Shown here piece after piece: positions 40,789-53,111 of a stretch of 64,000 nt of DNA. A program made the position numbers and the translations under genes. The notes under the pieces are model-generated. The model searched no databases. It saw only the letters and a list, made by a program, of their open reading frames with translations, and had not been told where the DNA came from. The stretch lies in the NCBI GenBank assembly GCA_964016885.1, contig OZ024740.1:160766001-160830000 (forward strand). The letters run 5' to 3'. Position 1 is the stretch's first letter. Each line of letters starts with the position of its first letter. The DNA comes from Eledone cirrhosa. Lineage: Eukaryota.

Positions 40789-43700
40789 ATACGACTTGTC
40801 CTCAATAGAACTACGGTGACAGTAATATCTGCGTACGCACCCCAATCCGGACTGCCCGGCACTATAAAAGACAGATTCTATGAGACACTGATGCTAACTA
40901 CCTCCCAAATATCTGACAGTGACTATATAATTATTGCAGGCGACCTAAATGGTCACGTTGGACAACATTGTGACGGCTACGACGAAATCCATGGAGGCTA
41001 TGGGTTTAGTACTAGAAATGAGGAAGGCTCCAGAATCCTGGAATTCTGTGATGCAAATAACCTAACTATCTGTAACACTAACTTCAAAAAACGTGACAAT
41101 CACCTGATCACCTATAAATCCGGGGAACACACAAGCCAGGTAGATTATATCATTACCAGAAGACGTGACAGAGTGTCTGTTGTAAACACTAAATCCCTCC
41201 CCCATGAAGAATCCACCTCCCAACATAGACTGATAATTAGCGACCTCATAGTCAGGACGAGACGTACTCGACAGCAGAAGAGGACTATCCTCAGGAGAAA
41301 AATATGGAAGCTAAAGGACCCCACAGCCAGAAATAAATTTCAAAGCATATTACTTGATGCTTTCGACAGTAAGGAAGAACATTTAGAGTCGGACAATATA
41401 GAGGGACAGTGGGAATTTCTGAAAGCAAACCTGCTGTTGGCGACAGACGAAGTCTGTGGCTGGAGCAGGCCTGTAGGCAGGAGGAGAGTAACATGGTGGT
41501 GGAACAGTAAGGTGGAGGGGTCAATTAAGGCCAAAAAGCAGGCTTGGAAAGTATGGCGGGATGGGGGAAGTAGAGTAGACTATCAAGTAGCCAGGAGGGA
41601 AGGTAGGAGAGAAGTGTACTTAGCAAGAATGGAAGCTGAGGAAAGAAAGTTCAAGCATGTTCTACAACGCGATGACCAAAAACGTGAGGTGTTCAGGATT
41701 GCTAGGCAATGCGTCAAGGAAAACCGTGATATTGTCGGGGAGAAGTGTGTACTTAACGATGATGGCATACTTGCCATCACCGATGCTGATAAGAAGGTAG
41801 CTTGGAAGTGTCACTATGAAAGGCTACTAAATGAGGAGAATAAATGGGAGAAAGACAGTCTCCCCCATATCGACCCAATAGAGGGACCAGCAGTGTTAGT
41901 CGAGGGGAGTATAATAAGTAAGGCAATCAAGGATATGAAGACGGGTAAGGCGGCTGGGCCTTCGGAAATAGTTGCTGAGATGCTGAAGGCATCTGGCACG
42001 GTGGGACACACCATGGTCACCCGCATAGTTAACCAAGTCGTACAGAATGGGGTTGTTCCGAAGGACTGGCATAGCAGCATCATCGTTAACTGTTATAAGG
42101 GTAAAGGAGACGCCCTAGATAGGAGTAACTATAGAGGCATTAAATTAATCGACCAGGTCATGAAGGTCACGGAAAAAGTAATAGCGCAACTAATCAGAGA
42201 GAGAATTGACCTAGATGAAATGCAGTTCGGGTTTGTGTCAGGCAAAAGTACCACAGACGCTCTTTTCATAGTACGACAACTACAGGAGAAGTACCTAGCT
42301 AAAGGTAAACCCCTCTACTTAGCTTTTGTCGACTTGGAGAAAGCCTTCGACAGAGTCCCCCGCTCCATTATCTGGTGGGCTCTTAGAAAACTAGGCGTTG
42401 ACGAATGGCTTGTGAGGGCTATACAAGCCATGTATAAAGAAACAGTCAGCAAGGTTAGAATTAACAACGAATATAGTGAAGAGTTTAGCGTAAAAGTTGG
42501 CGTCCATCAGGGCTCTGTTCTCAGCCCCCTACTATTTATTATTGCCCTTCAGGCTATAACAGAGGAGTTCAGGACAGGCTGCCCATGGGAACTCCTATAC
42601 GCAGATGACCTGACACTCATAGCGGAATCAATGGCCGAGCTAGAGAAGAAATTCCAAACATGGAAGCACGGCCTAGAGTCAAAAGGACTTAAAATTAACC
42701 TGGCTAAGACCAAAGTTCTAGTTTGTAGGAAAGAAAACAAGGCGACGGTCCCTTCTGGGAAATGGTCGTGCTCGGTGTGTAGGAAAGGCGTAGGTAGAAA
42801 CTCCATTTTATGTCCTAAATGCAAAGTATGGGTGCATAAAAGATGTAGTGGGATCACAGGTAAGCTAACTAAGAACATAGATTTTACATGTGGCCGGTGT
42901 TCAGGTGCAATAAGTAGCAGCAAGTACCCACAAAATACTAGCTCTTTCAATTGCGCAGAGGGTTCTATAGAAATAGTGGACAGCTTCCGTTACCTGGGCG
43001 ATAAAATCAGCAGTGGGGGAGGGTGCTCTGAAAGTACTGTAGCTAGAGTCAGAACTGGTTGGAAAAAGTTCAGAGAGCTTATACCACTACTAGCTGCTAA
43101 AGGGTTCTCCCTAAAAATGAAAGGCAGGTTGTACGATGCCTGCATACGAACAGCAATGTTGCATGGCAGTGAGACCTGGGCATTGTGTGCAGAGGATATA
43201 CGCAGACTAGAGAGGAACGAAGCTTGCATGCTCCGCTGGATGTGTAACAGTAATATACGTGAACGGCAAAGCATAAACGAACTAAGGAAAAAATTAGAGA
43301 TAAGAGGGATCAGATGTTGTTTACTCGAGAGAAGGCTACGTTGGTATGGACACGTGATGCGCATGAAAGTCGATAGCTGTATAACAAAGTGCAGGGCAAT
43401 AAAGATAGACGGTAGCCACAGAATAGGCAGACCTAGAAAAACCTGGGACGAGCTGATAAACTCCGACCTCACACACTTACACCTCTCCAAGACAATGTCA
43501 CTGGACCGAGACCTTTGGCGGTACTCAGTAACAGAGAAGACCCGCCTTACCTAAATATATAGTAAAACCTACTCCAGCCAGTAGGCATCTCTAACAAAAT
43601 ACACCCCATCCCACCACCCCCACCCCCACCCCATCCACACCACCCCGTTCTATGTAAAGTTATGTTGGTGCCGCGCCATCCAGGCCGAAACAAATGAGAT

Positions 43701-43950
43701 CGTGTAGGTGTCACGACAAAAAAACACACAGTCCACGCTGTAATGTGGCCGTGTAGGCAACACGGTAAAAATCTCCCAGACCCACACTGTAAATGTGGTT
43801 GGTGTTAGGAAGGGCATCCAACTGTAGAAAACCTGCCAGACAGTCCTATGCGAGCAAGACAATCACTCTTGCCTCAAGTGGGACTACGCCCGTCCAAACC
43901 CATGCAAGCGTGGAACACGGACGTTAAACGTTGATGATGATGATGATGAT
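40789..43950 (+). mobile_element. 5'-truncated copy of the same RTE LINE
   Basis: Colinear with 8309-11469 (offset 32480 through the ORF). Starts at (TA)n with ATA microhomology and ends in (GAT)n. Confidence 0.97.
40816..43554 (+). CDS. RTE polyprotein, N-terminally truncated (partial APE, full RT, PHD finger); open but without a native start
   Basis: 912 aa without stops; roughly two dozen residue differences from copy 1, counted by eye. Confidence 0.9.
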   Translation: MTVISAYAPQSGLPGTIKDRFYETLMLTTSQISDSDYIIIAGDLNGHVGQHCDGYDEIHGGYGFSTRNEEGSRILEFCDANNLTICNTNFKKRDNHLITYKSGEHTSQVDYIITRRRDRVSVVNTKSLPHEESTSQHRLIISDLIVRTRRTRQQKRTILRRKIWKLKDPTARNKFQSILLDAFDSKEEHLESDNIEGQWEFLKANLLLATDEVCGWSRPVGRRRVTWWWNSKVEGSIKAKKQAWKVWRDGGSRVDYQVARREGRREVYLARMEAEERKFKHVLQRDDQKREVFRIARQCVKENRDIVGEKCVLNDDGILAITDADKKVAWKCHYERLLNEENKWEKDSLPHIDPIEGPAVLVEGSIISKAIKDMKTGKAAGPSEIVAEMLKASGTVGHTMVTRIVNQVVQNGVVPKDWHSSIIVNCYKGKGDALDRSNYRGIKLIDQVMKVTEKVIAQLIRERIDLDEMQFGFVSGKSTTDALFIVRQLQEKYLAKGKPLYLAFVDLEKAFDRVPRSIIWWALRKLGVDEWLVRAIQAMYKETVSKVRINNEYSEEFSVKVGVHQGSVLSPLLFIIALQAITEEFRTGCPWELLYADDLTLIAESMAELEKKFQTWKHGLESKGLKINLAKTKVLVCRKENKATVPSGKWSCSVCRKGVGRNSILCPKCKVWVHKRCSGITGKLTKNIDFTCGRCSGAISSSKYPQNTSSFNCAEGSIEIVDSFRYLGDKISSGGGCSESTVARVRTGWKKFRELIPLLAAKGFSLKMKGRLYDACIRTAMLHGSETWALCAEDIRRLERNEACMLRWMCNSNIRERQSINELRKKLEIRGIRCCLLERRLRWYGHVMRMKVDSCITKCRAIKIDGSHRIGRPRKTWDELINSDLTHLHLSKTMSLDRDLWRYSVTEKTRLT

Positions 43951-44842
43951 ACATATATATACACAAACTTGCATGCATGTGTACACAGTCACACACAAAT
44001 GCTACATGCACTAAACATACACACTACACACACATACACACGTGAGCAAACATATTTATTCATCAACATACATTTACAGAAACAGGTAAAAGTATGAAGG
44101 TAAATCTGTGTACAAATGCATTCGCTCTACACACAAAAAAAGAAATAGCAACCAAATCTCCCTCAAATCTCACACTACCATTTTGATGAAGAACATATGA
44201 GTTAGGTGGAATGCTTTGATTAAATGTATATTTGATCAGGGTTGACCTGCAGGTTAAACAACCATTGATAATTATACTTTGACATGGCTTTCTGTATCTC
44301 CTGTTATTCTGTTTCTTGTTACTTGATCTTCAACTAATGGAATAGTTTTCATCTCAAACAAAGTAGATTCTAAGATTTCCTTCAATATTTCTTTTTTCTT
44401 TTTCAAATCTTACCAGTTGTTATTCATATCTATATATTATCTCTCTGTCACTCTCCACACACATAAACTGGACTCATTTTAACCTTTTTGTTATCATATT
44501 TCTAATATAATACACTAACAATGAATTTCTATTAATTTTGAAAATAATCGAAAATTTCAAATCTAGTGAAGCCCTGTTGATACAGGGAGTAAATACTTGT
44601 ATCTTCTCTATGCAGGAATGGGAGATGACTACTATCTGGAATTGAGTGGAATTACTGAGTATAAATACCAATTGAGAAAGATGTCAGTATCACATATGTC
44701 CTTATACATGTTCCCCCTGTTGTCCAGCTCCTAATCATTCACAATTACATAATGATAATGTGATAATGTAATGATAGGATTTGATTCCTTAGGTCATGGG
44801 CCACAGAAGAAATGGGTAACAAAATAAATATATGCTGTAATG

Positions 44843-44883
<41 letters not shown>

Positions 44884-45595
44884 ATCATGTGCCTGCTTAT
44901 GAAGGTACAAGGCACATGATCTTAATGATGTGAATTGTTTTGCAAGTGATGCATTGTGTTTTGAGCAAATTTTATAAGCAGCCTGTTTAGTTGTTGAAAT
45001 GACTGAGACACTCATCTGAACTGCTCAGAAAATTAGGGCAAAATATCTCTTTGGACAGCAAAAAGTAGCCAACAGTTACTCCAAATAATCAAGCTCTGTA
45101 TCCCTCTAATTCTGACTGAGAGCTTTCAGTCTTCAATTAAGCAGCCTCTGACAACAAATTCTTTCTGAATTAGATAGCGATAATGAATGGCTTCAGATGT
45201 AAACAAGCTTCTGTACAAACTATAGAAGTACTGGGTAATAGGAAATTCATTTTAGAAAATCTAAGAATCAGAAATTACCAAGTGCTTTGGTAATTTTATA
45301 TAAGGTTGTTTGTATCCAAAATTGTTCATTATAGCTACTTAATTCAGACAGAATCTTTTGGCTTTTGGCTGAGGTTACTTAACTGAATGGTTAGAGTACA
45401 CAGCCAAGCCAGCTTTTGAAAGATACTGAGTTTGATTTTTCATAGTGGCTGCTGCCCACTTTCTTTCTATCAATAGTTGTATTTTACCCAATTTTCAAAG
45501 CTATTATTAAATAGTAATCGACTAATGTTCCAGTTATTTACTGCATTTGATATTCTTACATTTTCTAAAAAGACTTTTATATTACTTACCAGTTG

Positions 45596-45680
<85 letters not shown>

Positions 45681-45683
<3 letters not shown>

Positions 45684-46168
45684 AAAAAGTATGACCCCGA
45701 CGGCAGAGCTCAAGCGGTTTTGACGGCTTTTTCTGGTCCAGAAATAGCCGTCAAAACGGCTTGAGCTCTGCCGTCGGGGTCATACTTTTTCCTATTTCCC
45801 ACTCTACTACCCTAAGTATTGAGTACTCTGGTGCGTTATGGTCCATTTGGTTCCTTACCACAATTCCTTTGTTATATATATATATAACGAAGGAAGTGTG
45901 GTATGGAACCAGGTGGACCATAACGCACCAGAGTACTCAATACTTAGGTTAGTAGAGTGGGTAATAGGAAAATGTTCAAGACCACGACGGCTATTTCTGG
46001 ACTCAGAAATAGCCGTCCAGAAATTGCCGTCGAAACGGCTTGAGCTCTGCCGTTGGGGTCTTGAACATTTTCCCATATATATATATATGTATATATATAT
46101 TATATATATAGGAAAAAGTATGACCCCGACGGCAGAGCTCAAGCCGTTTCGATGGCTATTTCTGGACT
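45681..46168. repeat. Chain of alternating-orientation copies of a short non-coding element (nested palindromes)
   Basis: Hairpin 45681-45793; 45795-45870 mirrors 45888-45965 around (TA)n; further pieces run to 46168. Same family at 53288-53488. Confidence 0.85.
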
Positions 46169-46609
46169 AAATTAGAATTTTTAGCTTGGTGAATAAATAG
46201 CCGAACTTGTCAAGTTCCCCTTATATGGGAAGATTGTAGTTGTCAAGAGGATTGGTCAAAATTTGTTGTAAACACAAATAAGTCTATCATGGCATTTGGT
46301 GGGAGGTAGGGGTGGCTGAACTTGCCTGTAGAACAATGAGGGAGTGAGTGGAGCCGGTCAAGCGTTGAAAGTGATATGTATGCAGCAGATTCTAAGGATA
46401 GTGTATGAAAAGTCGAAAAATTGTTCTGGAGGAAATGGAGGAGGGAAGTTAGAATAGGTAATTCGAATAAGAGTAGGAGACAATAAAAAATAATAGAAAG
46501 ACTATATAAAATTAGATAGTGAGAAATGAATAAAAAGAAAACAAAAAACAGTAGGGTCTAGAAAGAGCTGCTATGATTAGTAGGTGTTGCTTGTATGGCC
46601 AAATCTATA

Positions 46610-47340
46610 GAAAAGGTTAATAAGTTGAGAATGGAAAATACTAAATAAGAAATTATAGAGGTGGGTAGTGAAAAAATAAACTTTTCAGGGGTCTAACACA
46701 GCTGCTAAAAATAGTTAGTAAAGCGTATTCCGCCAATGCTATCTTACAATTACAGGTTAATAAGTTGAGAATAGAAAATACAAGAAATTTAGCAGGACCA
46801 ACTCCTAAACAAGAAAGACGAACTGGTAACCGCATGCAAACACAGATTACATCTGACTTACCTCGCCCTCAAACCCCATAATGACCCGGGTGGGTAGACA
46901 AGGGCTGATACCCCCCACTTGCCGAATAAGTTAGGGGAAACCCCAGCTTACATAGGTAGATGTACCTCTTTTCTTTTCTTCTATGTTTTCTTCTTCCCCG
47001 TGTCTTATCCTATCACTTCCTTCCACCCCCAATCTTCTTCCTCGTCTGTTTTTCCCCTTTTGCCTACTCCGATGCAGCCCATCGTGCCTCTGTAGCCTCA
47101 GTGCCCCCACCCCTGTAATTTTAAGATACAGTTGGCCGAATACGCTTTACTAACTACTTATAGCAGATGTGTTAGACCCCTGTAATTTTGTATCATTTTT
47201 GTTACTACTCCATTTCTACAATTTCTAAATTTCTTATTTAGTATTTTCTATTCTCAACTTATTAACCTGTAATTGTAAGATAGCATTGGAGGAATACGCT
47301 TTACTAACTATTTTTAGCAGCTGTGTTAGACCCCGGAAAA
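46610..47340 (+). mobile_element. Heavily 5'-truncated Penelope-like element with an inverted 5' copy of its terminal repeat
   Basis: 46793-46897 encodes QDQLLNKKDELVTACKHR...DPGG*, resembling the PLE endonuclease C-terminal LLNKRxEL...CRH motif. 46615-46790 is inverted relative to 47113-47340. Confidence 0.65.
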
Positions 47341-47370
47341 GCTTTTACAGCTGGAGGCCTTTTCTAATAA

Positions 47371-47600
47371 CAACCACATTTACAGTGTGGAACTGCATGG
47401 CACTGTTATGAGAAGGGACAAGCCAGTTGGCCGTGCTGAACCCATCTCACAGCAGAACCAAACTTTGGGACACGCAACCATATTTATAGTGTGGAACTGG
47501 ATGGCACTGTTATGAAGAGGGACATGCCAGTTGGCTGTGCCAAACTATTCTCAGAGCAGAACCACAGTTTTGGAGCAACAACCACATTTACAGTGTGGAC
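47371..47600. repeat. ~105-bp tandem repeat, ~2.2 copies
   Basis: caacca[c/t]attta[c/t]agtgtgga recurs three times. Confidence 0.8.
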
Positions 47601-47719
47601 ACGGGCGCTCATTGTCGTGGCACCAAAATGTCACCTTTACAGATATGTTTGTATGTGTGTATGTGCGTATATATATATATATAGATACATATATCTATAC
47701 ATACACACACACACAAATT

Positions 47720-47970
47720 TAAACGATATACAAAAAAATATTTTTCCTATATCTAATTGAGAGACAACTAGTTTTATTAACATTTATATAGAATGACAAA
47801 TAATAAATGTACTCACTTATAGAAAGAATGAAGCCAAAATTGTCTAGACAATTTTGGTTTCATTCTTTCTTTAAGTGAATACATTTATTATTTATCATTC
47901 TATATGTATGTTAATAATAGTAATAGTTTCTTAATTAGCTATATGAAAAATATTTTTTATATAATGTTTA
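47720..47970. repeat. Spacerless AT-rich palindrome (~125-bp arms)
   Basis: Centre aaaattgtct|agacaatttt at 47845/47846; the arms diverge outward. Confidence 0.88.
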
Positions 47971-48072
47971 TATGTGTATAGATTATGCTCTGAGCTTTAT
48001 GTTCATTGAGCTTTCCTTGTTGAGTAACTTATTCAATAAACATTTTATGAGTATCGATTTATCCTCATTAGA

Positions 48073-48136
<64 letters not shown>

Positions 48137-48156
48137 ACACATATATATATATATAT

Positions 48157-48372
48157 CATCATCATCATCATCATCATCATTTTACGTTTCCCTGCTTGCA
48201 AGGGTGGAATGGGTCCTATTCAGCACAGCATCTCTCCACTTGTCCCGGTCCTTCGTCATCTCCTCTGTGAGTTTCAGCGATCTAAGGTCTGCTCTCACAC
48301 CACCTCCGCCCATGTTTTTCATGGTCTTCCTCTACTGCATCTTCCTTCTACTGGGATTTCTTGGCACTTCTT
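48157..48372 (-). mobile_element. RTE-family 3' end fragment
   Basis: Reverse complement resembles 63375-63590 (C.EIPVEGR..RGRP) and has a (CAT)n tail. Confidence 0.8.
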
Positions 48373-49111
48373 TATATATATATATTTATTTATATATGTA
48401 TATTTATATGTATATATATACATACATACATATATATTTATTTATTTACGTATAGCACGAAGCATATGTGCATAAACACACATGCACCGTGTTGTATTAT
48501 GACAGTATTGTATTAGCTCAATGTACAAGAACAGAGCCGTTATATGTAAAAGAAACCAAAGAACGCAATTGGTAGGAATCCTCAGAGCTTAATACACAGT
48601 GCTGAGTATAAGCTCAAGCAAGCTTAGTCACACGAACAATCGGAATACAATATAGAGTAAAGATAGGGAGATCGGAAATGGCAAACAAGGAAGGGGTACA
48701 TGTTGGGGTTGTTAAGCACCACAGCAGATTTCACAAGATGCAGATACAATTGATGGCACACAAAATCAAAAAATACAAGCAATCGTGAAAACATAATAAA
48801 AATATATAACAAAAATAAAATTTAATAAAAAAAAAATAAAATAATAATAAATAAAAAAAAATAAAAATAAAAAAACGAAGATAATATAAAGAGATAAAAA
48901 GTAATAAAAAGTAAATAAAAAGGTAAACATTTTTTTTCTAAATTTAAATTTTTTTTTTTTTAAATTCTGTGAAATCTGCTTGTGCCCTAGCATTTAGCTG
49001 TGGTGCTTAATAACCACAACATTATATTATAACATTAAATTATAAAAAATGTTTGACACTACAAGTGAAGTAAATTCTTTTCCATTTTTTCAAATATACC
49101 TAACCAAGCAT

Positions 49112-50325
49112 CTCACCCTCAATTGTTTCTCCTTCTCGGGTGAGTTTTACCAACAGGTCACGGGGGTAGCCATGGGTACAAGAATGGGCCCGAACTATGC
49201 CAACCTTTTTGTTGGCCATGTTGAGGCCCAAATCTTTGCCCAGTACACCGGCCCCACGCCCGAACTGTACGGTCGTTACATCGACGACTGTATCGGAGCC
49301 ACGACCCTCACCCGAGAACAGCTCGACTCCTTTCTCTCCTTCTTCTGCTCCTTCCACCCCTCCCTCCACTTCACCACCTCTATCTCCACCACCCACGTCC
49401 ATTTCTTAGACATCTCCGTCGCCTTCGACCCCTCCCACCACTCCCTCATCACCTCCGCCTTCTTCAAACCCACCGACTCCCACTCTTACCTCGACTTCAT
49501 CTCTTCCTACCCCACACACACTAAACACTCTATTCCCTACTCCCAACTCCTCGGGATCCGCCGCCTCTGTAGCCGAGATGCTGACTTCGAGTCCCAGGCC
49601 CTTTCCCTAGTCAGCCATTTCATCCGCAGAGGTTACCCCCCTCTCTCGTCCACACCGCTCTCGTCCGCACCGCTCTCACCCGCGCCCGTGCTGTCCATCG
49701 CTCCACCACCCTCACCCCACGCCACCGCACACCCACCCACCGTCTCCCCTTCCCCATCACCTACCACCCCTCCACTGCACCATCCGCCGCCTCTTCCGAC
49801 GCCTCCAGTCCGAAACCTCCACCTCCCACATCTTCCCAACCCCACCACTCCCCTCCTTCAAACGCGCACGCAATCTCCGCACCCTCCTCGTCCACAGCTC
49901 CCCCCCAACCCACGCTCCCCCCCAGTTCCTTTCCCTGTTCTAGGCCCCGCTGCAACACCTGTCCCCACATCACCAACACCACCACTTTCCAGGGTCCCAA
50001 CGGCCACTCTCTCTCTGTCCGGCATGCCTTCCGCTGCACCTCCTCCAACCTAGTCTACGGATTTCGCGGCACGGAGTGCAGCGCGACTTACGTCGGACAG
50101 ACGGGACGTCGCCTGGCGGACCGATTCACTGAGCACCTCCGGGATATTCGTCTCGGTGGTAGTTCCCCCATCGCCCGCCACTTTGGTGCCCCTGGACATT
50201 CCGCACGCCATCTCACAGTCTGTGACCTACTCCAATGCCACGGAACACCCGCCAATCTCCTCAGAGTTAAACAAAGAACCATCTTCATCTTACAGACCTA
50301 CACTCCCCCGGCCTGAACTCCCCAC
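49112..50325 (+). pseudogene. PLE reverse transcriptase + GIY-YIG endonuclease, frameshifted
   Basis: GVAMGTRMGPNYANLF, YGRYIDD, HFLD, KPTDSHSYL, IPYSQL. After frameshifts: PCSRPRCNTC, FRCTSSNLVY, YVGQTGRRLADRFTEH, GLNS. Confidence 0.92.
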
Positions 50326-51482
50326 CCTTATTCCTTTAGCCTTCGACCGCCCCCCTCCCCGCACACATATCCCCCACTAACACCACTAACACACCTCTCC
50401 TTTTCACCGCCCACCCCACAACTAACAATACTAACACCTCCACTCCACCCCTCATCCGACCACCCTTCCCCAACTAACATACTAACATCCCTCCCTTCTT
50501 CTCCCCCCCCTCCTTATCACACGCACACACCCACCGGCACATATATACACGCTCTCACACTAAACACACACCCTACTACCACCACTAACCCTCACCCCCA
50601 CACATCCATCCCACCACCCCGCAACTAACCTCACTAACACCCCCTGACCCCAAGCACACGAACACACGCACCCACCCACACACACGCAACTAACATCACT
50701 AACACCCCCCAATTCCACGCACACGTACCCACACACCCTCGTACACCACCAACTCTACACACCCTACCACCACTAACCCCCACTCACACCTGCATTCAAC
50801 CCTTTCTCCACCTCCCGTATACTAACACCCACTAACAACACCTTCATCAAACTACACACACACCAGTACACCACACTCCCTCCATCGACCCCCACATCCT
50901 TCTCTCACCGCTCCACCCACACCCTTTCTCCACACTCACTCATCCCACTAACACCTCTACTAATACACACACACACACCCTCCTCACTCCAACTTTCACA
51001 CCTACCCATCCTCGCCCCTTTACCATTCCACCCTACTGCTGCTATGCCCTCTGACCACCTCCCAGCACACACAGACACACAGCACTCCTACCGCCTTGAC
51101 CACTTCCTGTTGCGCGCGCACCCCACATTTCTCCTCTTCCGACCATCTCTTCATGGATTACTCGTAAGTGGAGCTTGACCGCGGAATCAACTACCATCCT
51201 AGGAGTTTACCAACCTTTCAATCACATCTTCTTACGGAATCACCTTTATAACTCACCCACACACACACCCCAAAACATTTTTTTTCCCACACGCCCCCTA
51301 CACCCACAACACGCTTAAACCCCACACACACTTGCTTTCCACCACATATTTACACCTTCAGCCTCCGGATTCCTCTCCCCCACTCCTCTATCCACACACG
51401 CACACACACTCCGATCTACACCCCACCCCACACACACCTCTTCCTGAACATGCAACCCCGTTCTTCCCCCAACCCTTGCTTT

Positions 51483-51515
<33 letters not shown>

Positions 51516-51773
51516 GTACACCTATACACACACACCACCTTCAGCCCTCCCCGCTCGGACACCCCGTCTCCCTCTCCCCACTCCACCCGCCACCACCCCT
51601 ACACACCCCACACCCTTCCACCACCTGTTTTACCCCATTTTAATTTTATTTTATTTTGATCATGCTTTTATTTTTAAGTTCATTCGCACCGTTTCCTCCC
51701 ACCCCTTTTCGCTATATATCTCTCCACCACTCCCCTACACACCCTTTGAACTCTCTTCCCACACACTTTTCAC

Positions 51774-51801
51774 CCGAAGAAGGGCTTATGCCCGAAACGT
51801 C
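51774..51801 (+). ncRNA. Minimal hammerhead ribozyme motif (degenerate)
   Basis: CcGAAGA-a-GGGC ttat GCCC-GAAACGTC. U4 is changed to C and stem I is weak. Confidence 0.6.
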
Positions 51802-52001
51802 GTTCCCACCACCACCCCACTCTCCAGAGCGTGAAATTAATAAACATTCGTTATACTGCCTCTCTGTTTTGTTCCTGTTCAAATTTTCCACTATATATAT
51901 GAGATCCTTGGTTAGGTATATTTGAAAAAATGGAAAAGAATGACTTCACTTGTAGTGTCAAACATTTTTCATGATTTAATGTTATAATATAATATTATAA
52001 T

Positions 52002-52180
52002 TTGGCAGTATCGGTAGAGGGTCCGACGCCATGCTTTTGACGCATAGAGTTACGGCTCTTGTCATTCTGAGTTCAAATCCCGCCAAGGTTAACTTTGCCT
52101 TTCATCCTTATGGGGTCGATAAAATAAAGTACCAGTAATACACTGGGTAATTGCTGGCCTTGTGCCAAAAGTAGAAACAA
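52002..52180 (+). mobile_element. SINE, second family (B-box-like gagttcaaatccc; central gcctttcatcc...ggggtcgataaaat...gtacc domain)
   Basis: Related copies at 54017-54205 (+), 60960-61143 (-) and degraded ones near 57010-57240 and 62128-62260. Confidence 0.8.
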
Positions 52181-52447
52181 TTATTATAATATTATATTAT
52201 AACATTAAATCATAAAAAATTGTTAACACTACAAGTGAAGTCATTCTTTTCCTTTTTTTCAAATATATATATGGATATATGCATATATATATATATATAT
52301 ATAGATATATATATATGTATGGATATATGGATATATATATATATATGTGGATATATATATATATATATCCACATATATATATATATCCACATATATATAT
52401 ATATATATATATATCCACATATATATACATATATATATATATTCATT

Positions 52448-53019
52448 TCATCATCATTTCATTTTACGTCAGCTTTTTCCTTGCTTGCAAGGGTGGGACG
52501 GAAACTGATTCTGGCTTGATTTCTACAGCTGGATGCCCTTTCTAACACCAACCTCATTTATAGTGTGGAGTGCTGGGTGCTTTTTTTCTGCAGCGCCTAC
52601 ACGTCCATTTTACAGTGGAATGATAGGGACACCAGTCCCTATCATCTCATTTCTACAGCTGAGTAAACTGGAGCAATGTGAAATAAAGTGTTTGCTCAAG
52701 GAAACAACGCATCACCCGGTCTGAGAATTGAAAGGTTGTGAGTTCAATTCTCAGACCGGGTGATGTGTTGTTTCCTTGAGCAAGACACTTTATTTCACAT
52801 TGCTCCAGTTTACTCAGCTGTAGAAATGAGATGACTGGGGTCCCTATCATTCCACTGTAAAGTGGTTGTGGAGGTGCCACGGCAAAAAAGCACCCAGCAC
52901 TCACTGTAAATGAGGTTGGTGTTAGGAAGGGCATCCAGCTGTAGAAATCAAGCCAGAATCAGTTCCCGTCCCACCCTTGCAAGCAGGGAAAGGTGGACGT
53001 AAAATGAGATGATGATGAT
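52448..53019. mobile_element. Two 5'-truncated CORE-type SINEs head-to-head forming a palindrome
   Basis: Arms meet at ctgagaattgaa-aggttgtgag-ttcaattctcag (spacer 52733-52742); the (GAT)n tails point outward. Confidence 0.9.
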
Positions 53020-53023
53020 ATAT

Positions 53024-53087
<64 letters not shown>

Positions 53088-53111
53088 ATATATATATATA
53101 TATATATATAT

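Larger units (their letters stand above)
49021..51993 (+). mobile_element. Neptune-type Penelope-like retroelement, 5'-truncated, bracketed by ~95-bp inverted repeats
   Basis: RT + Cys linker + GIY-YIG remnant, long C/A-rich tract, hammerhead-like motif, AATAAA. 49021-49115 is the reverse complement of 51900-51993. Confidence 0.85.

Noticed and set aside
44616-44682. Possible host exon (polypyrimidine-CAG acceptor, GMGDDYYLELSGITEYKYQLRK, gtcagt donor)
   Set aside because: No recognisable homology and no partner exons; it cannot be supported without RNA-seq.
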